Source of the DNA: Negaprion brevirostris | Lineage: Eukaryota | Assembly: GCA_030324005.1 (NCBI GenBank) | Contig: JARDVH010000132.1 | Location: 67,442,803-67,506,802, forward strand | DNA length: 64,000 bases | Reading direction: 5' to 3' | Shown: piece after piece, positions 51,815 through 63,031 of the stretch | How positions within the stretch are numbered: position 1 is the first letter of the stretch | Layout of the letters: each line of letters starts with the position of its first letter | Made by a program: the position numbers and the translations under genes | Notes under the pieces: model-generated | Seen by the model: the letters and a program-made list of their open reading frames with translations, nothing else | Databases searched by the model: none | What the model was told of the DNA's origin: nothing

Positions 51815-52495
51815 TTCAATTTTCATGTTTGCTGATGACACCACCATTGTGGGTCAGATCTCAGATCTCAAACAACGATGAGATGGAGTACAGAGAATCC
51901 AATGATGAGAAGGAGACAGAGAATCTAATGAATTGGTGCGACGGCAATAATCTCTCCCTCAGTATCCATAAAATGAAGGAGCTAGCCATCGACTTCAAGA
52001 AGCGTAGTACAGGACATGCCCCTGTCTACATCAGTGGGATGAAGTGGAAATGGTTAAGAGTTTCATGTTTGTATGTCTCCAGGTTACCAACAACCTGTTC
52101 TAGTCCCTCGATGCTGATGCTATAGTTAAGAAAGCCCACCAATGCCTCTACTTTCTCAGGAAGCTAAGGAAGTTTGGCATGTCCGTTACGACTTTCACTG
52201 ACCTTTACGGGTGCACCAAAGAAAGCATCCTTTCTCGATGTATCACAGTTTGATATGGCTCCTGCTCTGTCCACATCTGCAAGGAACTACAAAGTGTTCT
52301 GAATGAAGCCCAGTTCATCACGCAAACCAACTTCCCATTCATTGACTCTGAGTCCTTCCCGTTGCCTCAGCAAAGCATAATAAAGAACTCCACACACTCT
52401 GGACATATTTTCTTCTACCTTCTGACAGGAAAAAGATACAAAATTCTGATGTCACGTACCAACCAACTCAGGAACAGCTTTTTCCCTGCTGCCAC
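51815..52495 (+). mobile_element. Rex1/Babar-type LINE RT C-terminal fragment
   Basis: FADDTTIVG.ISNNDEMEYR...ENLMNWCDGNNLSLS..KMKELAIDFKK, then KKAHQCLYFLRKLRKFGMS, ending in AACAGCTTTTTCCCTGCTGCCA. Confidence 0.85.
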
Positions 52496-53370
52496 TGTCA
52501 GAAAGGACTGAGATCAGATTGGAAAACACAAAGACAATGCTGAAGCCCAAGGAACTAGAAGAAAAAAATAAAAGCTGGAATCTGAAACCAAGAGAAAATG
52601 CTAGAAAATCTCAACAGGTCTGGCAGCATCTGTAAAGAGAGAAAAGTACTGATCATCTTTTCCCTCCTCACAGATGCTGCCAGACCTACTTAGATTTTCC
52701 AGCATGTTCTCTTTTGGAACTAGAAGAAAAAGCAATGGATGTTTTAAATGTACTGAAAATCATTGGGTTGTTGAAAAATGAAATTATTGAAATGAAAATC
52801 AGGAATCTAGAATAATTAAAAAGTTGAACAGTTGCAAGAGAAAGTAGAAATTCTCAGACAGGAACATGAAGAATCTCAGAAACAACAAGCAGAAATAAAA
52901 GTAAAATGTGAGCTTGAAGGATAGCACGCAGGATTTAGGTTCTGCTAAGGAAAATCTGTTCAATGTGAAGTTACATCCGGAAAATGAGTTTTCTAATGAA
53001 AAATTAGAAATTGATGAACTTCAAGTATTAGAAGTATCTTTTAAGTATTGTGAAAAATGTCTGGAATAGAAAAGACATTTCTAATGAATTAGAACAGTTG
53101 GATGAATGCAGAACTGACAATTAAAACTAATGAAATGCTGGAACTTGATCAAGAAAACCGCAATAAAATTCTTGAACTTTGATCCAAGCCAAAGAACATG
53201 AAAGATCAAATATGGAGTATGGAAGAACAAGTTTAGACTTTAAAGCAGCAAAGGACAATTCTAAGAGACAGACTGAGGATCTAATGAGTGAATAGAAAGA
53301 ATCTGAGAAGCAGTCAGTGACTTTGGAAAAAAGATTCCAAAAGGAACTAATGCCCAGCTGAAGATTTAAG
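52495..53370 (+). pseudogene. Decayed intronless TPR-like (nucleoprotein TPR N-terminal coiled coil) coding relic
   Basis: Manual translation from 53001 with frameshifts: [118 protein letters not shown]. This is colinear with recalled human TPR [47 protein letters not shown]...ASMEEKFHNELNAHIKL. Multiple stops and frameshifts. The part upstream of 53001 is only generically coiled-coil-like. Confidence 0.75.
52567..52715. mobile_element. Fold-back element (same family as 51178-51380) with 16-bp TSD
   Basis: Arms GAGAAAATGCTAGAAAATCTCAACAGGTCTGGCAGCATCTGT / ACAGATGCTGCCAGACCTACTTAGATTTTCCAGCATGTTCTC. GGAACTAGAAGAAAAA is repeated at 52551-52566 and 52716-52731. Confidence 0.8.
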
Positions 53371-54369
53371 TGGGACTGTTGAAGCACAGTGATGTAGGAT
53401 GGACTGTGTTTGTAGAGTCTGGAAGGAGCCAGCATGGAGCACCCATGCGGGACTGAATCTTGGGGATGTATATAGTCATGGGTTATCCATAAATGATCCA
53501 TATGTTCAACTATACAAGCCTCCTGACCTCTTAGTGGGAACCAAATAACCTCACAAAATTTTGAAGATGTGGTTGCTAAGCCAAAGATCCAGTTGTTTAT
53601 TGTGATGTTCAAGTGAACATCAAAGATTTATGAAGAAGAACAACAATTTCTAAGCTCATTTTAAAGCCATGCAATGAACAATACAGGTCACAGACTGTTT
53701 CATTTTGACTACAGTTAAAAAAAACAAGTATCAGATCTTTGTAGTATAACAAATATTTGCTCTGGCTAGTTAACAGTTATGAATAAATTGTAGACATTAT
53801 TCGTATCAGGAGTAAATATCATGACGTTGGGAAAATTCCTGACTCTAAATTCTGTGTGAATAAAATCAGATCCCACATCTGCACATGTATTTTTTTTCAG
53901 TGCGTCCTAGAGTAGGGAAGAAAAAAAAGATTTCATTTATAAATCACTTTCCTCAACCTCAGCTGCCCCAAAGTGCTTTATAACTAATTTCAGCACTTTT
54001 TTGAATTGCTGTACACTGCTGTAATGTGAAGGTAGACTGAATTAGCACTAGATGAGGTGAGGCTTGATTTGAGTCATTAAGCTTTATATTTCAATGGTAA
54101 GGTGACTATATAGAGTAACAATTGGTAAAACTTGCATTTGATTCCACATCTTCTGCACTAGGATCTTGGATATGTGTCCTAATACCTCAACCGAGGATTT
54201 CCACCCACCATGGTTTTACATTGCTGTGATGATCCCTGTTCCATTTCATGTGCTTTTGCTTTCACCTCCCTCTTAGAACTATGATAAACTTCCTCTTGCA
54301 TGCTCCACCTCACCCCTAATTCCACCCCAGCAGCCTCCATATTCAACAGATCCTCCTCCTCCATCTCTC

Positions 54370-55130
54370 CCATATAGGTCAATAAAATAGCTTCTGAACA
54401 ACTCAACCTGAAGTGTTGCAAGCCTTTCTGGAGGTATCTAAATGTTTGTTCACTTATGACTGTAGTCATAGCTCCAGTATAGACTTCTATCTTAAGAAAT
54501 CTGCCATTGACCAACAAGATTATCTCGATAGGTGGCACTTGGTTAAGTTGGACCTGGTTTAAAGTATAGGTTTTGGATCCCTTGTTGGGTTCTTCATCTA
54601 GTTGGTTTAACAATGTTGCCTGGACCATTTTTTTGTGCATTCTGTACTGCTTGTTTTACTCTGCACCAAGCCTGCAAATGATCCTTCTTCTTGAAGTGAA
54701 AACATGTATAATTTTCCGGCACATTTCCTGGAAGTGTGATTTCCACTNNNNNNNNNNNNNNNNNNNNNNNNNNNNNNNNNNNNNNNNNNNNNNNNNNNNN
54801 NNNNNNNNNNNNNNNNNNNNNNNNNNNNNNNNNNNNNNNNNNNNNNNNNNNNNNNNNNNNNNNNNNNNNNNNNNNNNNNNNNNNNNNNNNNNNNNNNNNN
54901 NNNNNNNNNNNNNNNNNNNNNNTTTACAACATTTTCCGATCTGATTTTTGCCTCAGGCAAGAACTTTTTTTGTATTGTGAGGCTATTAATCCCACAGACT
55001 AAACAGTCTCATAACATTTTACCCAAAGCTGGGCTGAATTTGCAGAGCTCTGCTATACATTGTAGTCTGGCCACAAACCCAGAGACATTCTCCCCTGGTT
55101 CCCTCAAAGCTAAGTGAAATTTATGCCATA
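54370..55130 (-). mobile_element. Second Gypsy-type gag-protease fragment
   Basis: RDCLVCGIN...IQKKFL (gag), degenerate knuckle CFHFKKKDHLQAWC, protease PPIEIILLVNGRFLKIEVYTGAMTTVISEQTF. Confidence 0.75.
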
Positions 55131-55194
55131 TCAAGAAAGTCAGGGATTAGAGGAGCCTTTAATCAATCCCACTATTTGATCAAAACTCTATGAG

Positions 55195-55777
55195 GGCAAC
55201 CTGACCAGAATTTGGTGAAGTGTTATTGCTGGTGAGAAAAACGATGTGTCGCTCTCCAGCCAAACAGGTCAATTTTCTCTCCAGATCTTATTAAACTCTG
55301 TGAAAAAAAAAGCCGGGTGATGTTTAATGCCATCAAATGAGGGGTGCGGCCTAAACACGCTAGCAAAGCCTGGCCATACGGAGATTGGGGCACCATGTCT
55401 AATGAACGCTCCAGTCAGAACATGAATGATCATCCCCCCACCGGTCCATAACAGAGGTCTCAGGGGCCATGGCCCTCTCCCTCGGATTATCCTTACTTTT
55501 ATTCCCTGGAGGATTCCCACGACAGGCTCACATCTGGGTGAACCTGTTGTGAATATATGGCAGGGTGGGTCAGTATACAGCACAGCATAATGAAATGTAA
55601 ATATATTAAAATGTATTTAAATCAGGTTCATGAACCTGATTATGTCACTCGTGAGTGGGTGGCAAAAATTGGAAGTCGAGATCACGCTAGCAAGATCTGG
55701 GAATTTTAGGTTTCAAAGCATCTTGATCTCCCATAAGCAATCTTGCGAATGGTAAGAGTGGACTCAAGATCCCACCC
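55195..55777. mobile_element. Possible non-autonomous DNA element (Harbinger-like MITE)
   Basis: GC-richer island starting GGGCAA and ending AAGATCCCACCC, resembling GGG..GGAT-type termini. Termini are poorly matched. Confidence 0.3.
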
Positions 55778-57097
55778 TTTGTGTCTGGGTGTCCACTGTT
55801 AGGCTCCTCACTAAGCTGTATGTTTGTGGGCCACTGAGTAATATCATCTTTTGTTTTTCCTGTGAGTGATCTCATTAGTTATGAAGAATGCTCCCTTTTG
55901 ATAATATTGCCCCCAGCATTCAGCTTCTGGGTCAAATTACTCTATCTTCCCAATTAAAAGCATTTTAAAGGTGCTGTTTCTTCTTAGCTTCAATGATAAC
56001 CTTTCTCCCCATCTAACTGTAAGCTGTGATCTCCCGATGACTAATGTAGTTTTTCCTCGTCGCCTGTTTAATAACTGGAAGTGATTCCACGTGGCTCCAA
56101 CAATGAAGGGTTTATTAACTAATAATACATACAAGTTGAGGGTCTGACTGGAAACTGTCACACAAATCTACTCTCTTCTCCTCCCTACCTCCAACCAATG
56201 GTCCTCCTCCTCCTCCCAGGACATGCACCCTTGCTACCAGTCGGCCCAGCTTTCCACATTGCCTCTCCATAGGGTCCAGTGCAACCATGTTTCCTCAAAG
56301 GATCACTTCTTAAAGGGGCCATGTTACCACACCTAGCACCTGGCGTGTCTTGTTTTTGTAGTTCACCTGTATTCCACAGCTCAGGTCTAAATCTCCATTC
56401 ACTGAGGTCTCCTACCTTTTAAACATTCCATCATGCTTCACTGTCATGACTCCCTTTTTGAGATCTGTTTCTGTCATCTCAATCCCCATTTTATAGGGCA
56501 TAGAGTTCAAAAGGATATACAAAAGAGGTGATTTCTGATTCAGACAAGTTAGCAAATCATTTATTGTTTTGTCTTTCGGAAAAACAATTACATTTTAGTG
56601 TATTAATGACAATTTGCCTAAGGATTGTCATCAGAAAGGCATGAAATGGGGCACTGCAGGAGTTTCAGATTTTATAGTCACTTGTTTACGCAGAATTATC
56701 TAAGGTTGATCATGGGGCAATTGTATGTCCACTGCACCACTTTATGCAGTGTTCTGCAAGGCAGTAACACATTGATGGCTTGAGGTGCAATCACTCGGAG
56801 AGATTGACAATGACATCTCAAGCTCGAGATGTGCAATTGTCTTGAAATGCCCTCTAGAATCAGAAACATAGGGATGCATTTTGAATTAGGCCACATGTCC
56901 CAATGGCAAGATCAAATGCAGGTTCCACTTCTGTGTGGGAAATGAGTGGCCAACTGAGCTCAACTCACAGTGGTCACCCACCTAACACTGAGGAGACATG
57001 GTTTCTGTCAACTGACTGTGCAGAAGCAGGAACCGAGGCAGCAAAGGTTAGAGCTGGTGCTATATTTAAAATGCCGCAAGCCCTGCATTTACACCGC

Positions 57098-57490
57098 AGC
57101 TCTGCATTCATCACTGCAGTCCTGTATTCACGACTGCCAGTTCTGTACTCACCACTGCCAGTCCTGTATTCACAACTGCCACTCCTGTATTCACCACTGC
57201 CAGCCTTGTATTCACCACTGCCAGCCCTGTATTCACCACTGCCAGCCCTGTATTCACCACTGCCAGTCCTGTATTCACCATTACCAGCTCTATATTCACC
57301 TCAGCAGCCCTGCTTTCGCCGCTGCCAGTCCTGTCTTCATCATTGCCACCCCTGTCTTCACCACTGCCAATCCTGTCATCACCAACGCCAGACCTGCATT
57401 CACTACTGCTAGCCCTGTATTCACCATTGCCAGTCCTGTATTCACCACTGCCCGACATTCACCACTGATAGTCCTGCATTCACTACTGTC
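57098..57490. repeat. 21-bp minisatellite, ~18 degenerate copies
   Basis: Unit CCTGTATTCACCACTGCCAG(T/C) repeated head-to-tail. It gives LYSPLPA / CIHHCQP / VVNTGLA repeats in the ORF track. Confidence 0.95.
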
Positions 57491-57839
57491 TTAATTCCAG
57501 GCGATCAGAAAACAGACTGGAAAGCTGCAGCCACAGTGGCAGAGGTATGATCTTCAGCTACCCCCATGTTCCCATCAAGCACTCCTCCAGGCTGCAAAGA
57601 CAGGATGGGAGGTTCACTTCTTCTAGGAACAGGAGGAGAAGACAACCTGCTCAACCAAACAAAGCAGAGATTGCAGAGCAGTCATGGGGTTCCTGAAAGA
57701 ACAAGGCAGTGCTGGAAACATGTTAATATCCTCATTCAGTCTGCCTGATGAAGATTTGTTTCCCTTTTAGGCCTTGCATGTAGAAATGTGAGAGGGTCAG
57801 TTTGGTCGGAAGGAACTAATCACCCAATCGGTGGCAATG

Positions 57840-58122
57840 GGCTCATGGTGGCACAATGGTTAGCACTGCTGCCTCACAGCACCAATGCTGGGTTTGAATC
57901 CCGGCTTGGGTGACTGTCTGTGTGGAGTTTGTGTGTTCTTCCTGTGTCTGTGTGGGTTTCCTCCATTTGCTCTGGTTTCCTCCTACAGTCTGAAAGACAT
58001 GCTGATTTGGTACATTGACCTGGACAGGTGCTGGAGTGTGGTAACAAGGGGAAGTTCACAATAACTTAATTGCATTGTTAATGTAAGCCTTTCTTGTGAC
58101 TCATAAATAAACTTTAACTTTA
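57840..58122 (+). mobile_element. V-SINE with HE1-like head but alternative 3' tail
   Basis: Same head and V-domain as other copies, but ends TTCACAATAACTTAATTGCATTGTTAATGTAAGCCT.TCTTGTGACT.ATAAATAAACTTTAACTTT. Confidence 0.8.
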
Positions 58123-58334
58123 AAAGGCATTGGTGCATCGCAGTAAGAAGCACTCGCCTGTCTTTGCTGACCCCTTCCAAGGCTTCTCAAGGGTGTCTGC
58201 ATTCAGGTGGCACTTGTGTGCCCCTAACACGGACTGCTGGGCTGCTACCAACACAAGTTTGCCTCATACTTGTCTCAACACATACTTGTCTCTATGGAGA
58301 AACTAACAATGTGCATATTTGTGCTTGCAGGAGA

Positions 58335-61090
58335 AGACAATCCATAATAAAGCAAAGGGACAAGAACAGAAGACAGCATGCTTCTCAACTCCCTGCTAAA
58401 TCTTTCACCAATTACTTTAAATCTATGCCATTTTGTTATTGATTTCTCCATTCATGGAACGGGTCTATCTAGGCCCCTCATAATTTTATACATCTCAATT
58501 AAATTTCCTTCAGTCTCCTGTGTTCCAAAGAAAACAACTTTAGTCCATCCAGTCTTTTAACACAGCTAAAAATTTCCATTCAAGCAATATCTCTTCTGTA
58601 CTCCTCTCTACTATGATCATTTCCTTGCTCTAATGAAGCAACCAGAACTGTATGCAGATTTCTAATTGAAGTCTAGCTAGTATTTCATACAGTTCTAGCA
58701 TAGCCACTCTGCTCTTACATTCTCGACTTTGGCCATTAGAGGAGTGTATCCCATGTGACTTCTTAACTGTTGTATGTTGTCGTTGTCTAAGGAGAGGTTC
58801 AGAGGAACAGAGTCTGAACAGTAAGTATTTATTGCAGAACATGACTGTGTACAGATATACATGACAGCAAGCTTTTCCAGTCCATGACAGGAGAACTATC
58901 TATTTAGACCTTTCCCAGACTATTACTGGTGGTGTGATCCCTTTACATCAATACTTTTCTCCCAGTTCCACATTAACAGTCTCAGTCCTGAAAACCTTAA
59001 TACTATATTAACCACCTTGGAAGCTTGTGGAACAGTGGTATTGTCACTGGACTAGTAATCCAGTAGACTCAGGGTAATGATCTGGGGACCAGTGTTTGAA
59101 TCCCATCATGGCAAATGTTGAAATTTAAACCCAATAAAGATCTGCAACTAAGGTCTAATGATGAGCGTGAAACTATTGTCAATTGTTGCAAAAGCCCAAC
59201 TGGTTCACTAATGTCGTTTCAGGAAGGAAATCTGACATCGTTACTGGTCTGGTCGATGTGTGACTCCAGATCCACAATAATGTGGCTGACTCGGAACTGT
59301 ATATTCCCTTGTATTGCTTGTTCATCCTAAATACTTTATCTCATATTTCTCCAATTCCATTCCATTTGCCCATTTTTGTGAGCTGACCAGTATGACGATA
59401 GTTTCAGTCTACTGCAGTCTACAGTTATCTTCCTTTGTGTCAGCTACATGGTCAATTCTTGTATCATCTGCAAACTTTTTAGTTATCCCCCTGCAATTAA
59501 ACCTAATTTATTGATATAGACAACAAATAGCAAGGGACCTAGTATTGCACCCTGTGGAACTTCACTGCAACCAGCCTTCCAGTCATAAAAATGCCAGCCA
59601 ACAATAACTTTTTCCATCTAGCCACTGAGGTAATTTTGGTTCCAACTTACTACTTTCCCTTGGATCTCATGAGCTTTCAATTTGTCCAAAGCTTTGTTCT
59701 GATCCACGTAATGACATCAAATAAACTACACTCACTGACCCTCTCACTACTTCCTCAAAAAGTTTAATCTGGTTAGTCAGGCATGACCATTTCTTAACAA
59801 GAATAATCCATATTTCTCTAAGTGACAATTTATACTGTATCTCAGATCTTTTACTAATAATTTGTCTATCATTGAGGTTAAGTTGACTAACCTGTTAATC
59901 ACTCAGGCTATCCCTTCTTAAATGATAGCATAATTGTAGCAGCCCTCCATGCCTTTGCTATGTTGCAGAGAGGATGAGAAAATGATGGTCAGAACCTCAG
60001 CTAGTTCCTCCCTTGCTTCCCACAGCCAACGGGGAAAGAAATCATCTGGGCCTGTTGGTTTATCCACTTTCAAAGCTCCTAAAAACCTTATTTTGACTCC
60101 TTCATTGTGTTTAGCCCAACCAATATTTCACACTCCTTTTTCTTTAAGTCCTTATCTGCTTCATCCCTATCTTTTGGGAGAACAGACAGAAGTAATTAAG
60201 AATCATGCCCATGTCCTGCGCCTCAATGCCTTCATACATTTTTCCCAGAATATTATTGACGTGATGTTGGCATTTATTTTTGGTGAACCATTCAGTGCTG
60301 ATGGAAACTATCTGACCTTTTGTGCTTATGTTTGCTCTTTGAAAAAACTACCAAATAGTCCCACTCCACTGCTCATTTCCACAGACTGGCAAATTTCTCT
60401 TTCCCAAGTATATGCATCAAATCTCTGTGAAAGTTACTGGTGAATCCACTGTTTAGGCAGTCCATTCCAAATTGTGGCAACTTACTGCAAAAAAACAAAA
60501 CTCAGATTTCCCCTCAGATATTTTACAAATTATCTTCAAACAGTGATCTCTGGTTATTAACCCTCATGCCAGTTGAAACAGTTATACCCTATCAAAATAC
60601 TTCCTTTATCTTCACTTACGACAGGTTCCTTTTCAATTCACTCAATTTAGCTCGCTTCCAGGTGAATGTATTTACCTTTGAATTTCCTTATCCTTTCCAT
60701 AATTACTCTAAACCTAATGATATTGTGATCACAGTTTCTCAAATGCTCTCCCACTGACAAATGTTCTACTCCATTCCTCAGAATTAAATCCAGCTCTTTG
60801 TTGGGCTGCAAACATTATTTTCAAAAACATTCTCTTGTACACACTTTAGGAACTGTGGCCCTCCTTGCCCTTTGATATTTCCCCCTTCACCCACAAAGTT
60901 CTCCACTATCACTATTGTGTAGCTGTTGAATCTTTTGGAAAGTTGCCTACAACTTTGCTTCTTGTCATTACTTAGTGGCTCATGGTATACAGCCAATGGC
61001 ATAATTGCTCTGCTATTGTTATTTAATTCTACCTAATGAGATTCTGCCTTTTACCTTCTCAACTACATCATCCCTCTCCAGTGCTGTAAT
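58335..61090 (-). mobile_element. Fragmented CR1-like LINE(s)
   Basis: Reverse strand shows LYEILARLQLEICIQFW (58630-58700), FADDT (59460-59475) and a GPDD linker motif near 60040. The region is interrupted by other repeats. Confidence 0.65.
59025..59300 (+). mobile_element. tRNA-derived SINE (unassigned family)
   Basis: AGTGGTATTGTCACTGGACTAGTAATCCAG...GTTTGAATCCC (A/B-box-like), body CTGGTTCACTAATGTC.TT.AGGAAGGAAATCTG...GTGACTCCAGATCCACA. Confidence 0.65.
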
Positions 61091-61679
61091 ACCACTACCC
61101 TCCCGGAACAATTTATATAACGTCTTTCACAATGTCAAGACATGCCAAAGCATTTAATTGATGAAGTTTTTCCTGAAAGAATATTACTGCAACAATGCAG
61201 CTGTTGTACCTATCCTACTGGGATATAGATGTATGAGGTTGGAAGATGCTATTGAAGCAGCATTGATGAGTTGCTGCAGTGCATCTTGCACATGGTACAC
61301 TCTGCAACCAGGGTGCATTGGTAGTAGAAGAAATGTATAAAGTAGAATGAGTTGTAACTCAGAAGAAGCACTGAATGGAGATTTCAATACCAATTGATTA
61401 GTTCTTTGTTCTGTCACCCTTTACGTCCAGTTCAGAATAGTGATGACAGGGCATAGGAGGTTCCATGGACATCCCCATTTCAAACATGGTGGACCTGAGT
61501 AAATGAGATAAGGCTGGAGTGTTTAAAAATTCTTCAGTCACAAAAACTGAGAGAAAGATTTTACTTAACCCCCTAATGGGTTTTCATTGTGGATTGTTTA
61601 TTGTGTGAAATCTGTTAATATATCCCAATATACCTTGCATCAGGCAACACAGACCTTTTGATTTCACATGTGACTATTT

Positions 61680-62440
61680 TAATGTATTTTTTCATGGGAC
61701 ATAATCCAGCCTGAATTGCCTTTGAAAAGGTGGTGGTGACCTCTCTTCAATCTGCAGTCTTTTTAGATGCACCATGTTAGTTAGGGAATTTGAGGATTTT
61801 GTGATGAAGAACAGAGGTATATTTCAAAATCAGAACAATGTGTGACTTGGGTGAGAACAATCAGGTAACAGTGCAACTGTTGTGCCTGTCCTGCTGGGAT
61901 GTAGATGTCATGGAGTTGGAAGATGTTATTGAAGCAGCATTGGTGAGTTGCTGCAATGCATCTTGCACATGGTACACTCTGCAATCAGGGTGCATCGGTA
62001 GTAGAGGAAGTCAATATTTAGATGGTGATGGGTGTTAATCAAGTAAGCTGCTGGATGCTGACAAGCTCCTTACGTGTTGTTGGAATTGAATGCATGTAGG
62101 CAAGTGGAGAGTATTCCTTCATACTCCTGACTTATAGGCATTGATCAGAAAACGAGCAACTTACCACCGAATTCCCAGCCTCTGGCTTGCTCTAGTAGTT
62201 AGAATATTTATGTGGCTAGTCCAGATAAATTAATGGTGACTCCCAGGATGTTGATGGTGGGAGATTCAACAATGGTAATACCTTTAGATGTCTAGGGGAG
62301 GTTACTCTCTCTTTTTGGAGACGCTTACTGTCTGGTACTGTGTGACACCAATGTTACTTGGCACTTATCACCCCAAGCCTCAATGTTGTCCAGGTCTTGC
62401 TGCATGCTGGCATGGACTGCTTCATTATCTGAGGAATCAG
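61680..62440 (-). mobile_element. LINE 3' region (same family as 6105-6590)
   Basis: AATTGCC.TTGA.AAGGTGGTGGTGA...CTGCAGTC tail and ACTCCCAGGATGTTGATGGTGGG motif, reverse complement of the copy at 6.1-6.6 kb. Confidence 0.7.
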
Positions 62441-62718
62441 ACAGACTGTAAAGCTTGTAAAGTGCCAATGTGTAACCTATTAAAGTTGATTTGCCCTATA
62501 AAACATATTTCTGTGGTTTTAAAGTTCATTAAAATAACACACATACAGGAAAATGTATTCTTAAGGAGTTTTGTTGGTTGGATATTTGACCAATTTGCAG
62601 TCAGACCGACATATGATCAGCAGGTCACTGTTTATATGTTAAAGGCTAGAGGCAATTTAGTCTATGATTCTAATACCTGCAATCATGGAATTTGATATTA
62701 ACATAGTGGGATTAAAGT

Positions 62719-63031
62719 TATAGAATCCTTATAGTGCAGAAGGAGACCATTTGTCCCATCAAACCTGCACCAATCACAATCCCATCCAGGCCCTATTCCC
62801 GTAACCCAACATATTTACCCTGTTAATCCCCTGACACTAGGGTCAATTTAGCATGGCCAATCAACCTAACCCACACATCTTTGGACTGTGGAAGGAAACC
62901 AGACCACCCAGAGAAAACCCACGCAGATATGGGGAGAATGTGCAAACTTCACACAGACAATGACTTGACGCCAGAATTGAACCGAGCTGCCTGGCGCTGT
63001 GAGGCAGCAGTGCTATTCACTATGCCACCCT
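62719..63031 (-). mobile_element. Full-length HE1-like V-SINE
   Basis: TAGAATCC.TA.AGTGCAGAAGGAG...GGGTCAATTTAGCATGGCCAATCAACCTAACCCACACATCTTTGGACTGTGG...GCTGTGAGGCAGCAGTGCTA. Confidence 0.9.

Noticed and set aside
53127-53612. 161-aa minus-strand ORF
   Set aside because: It is the antisense shadow of the decayed plus-strand TPR-like sequence and has no recognisable motif.
57098-57490. Regular repeats suggesting a CRISPR array or a Cys/His-rich protein (ORFs 56903-57494)
   Set aside because: Units are contiguous with no unique spacers, there are no cas genes and the DNA is vertebrate. The ORFs are by-products of a stop-poor 21-nt unit.
59949-60757. 164-aa and 105-aa plus-strand ORFs
   Set aside because: They lie antisense to decayed CR1 fragments and show no domain features.
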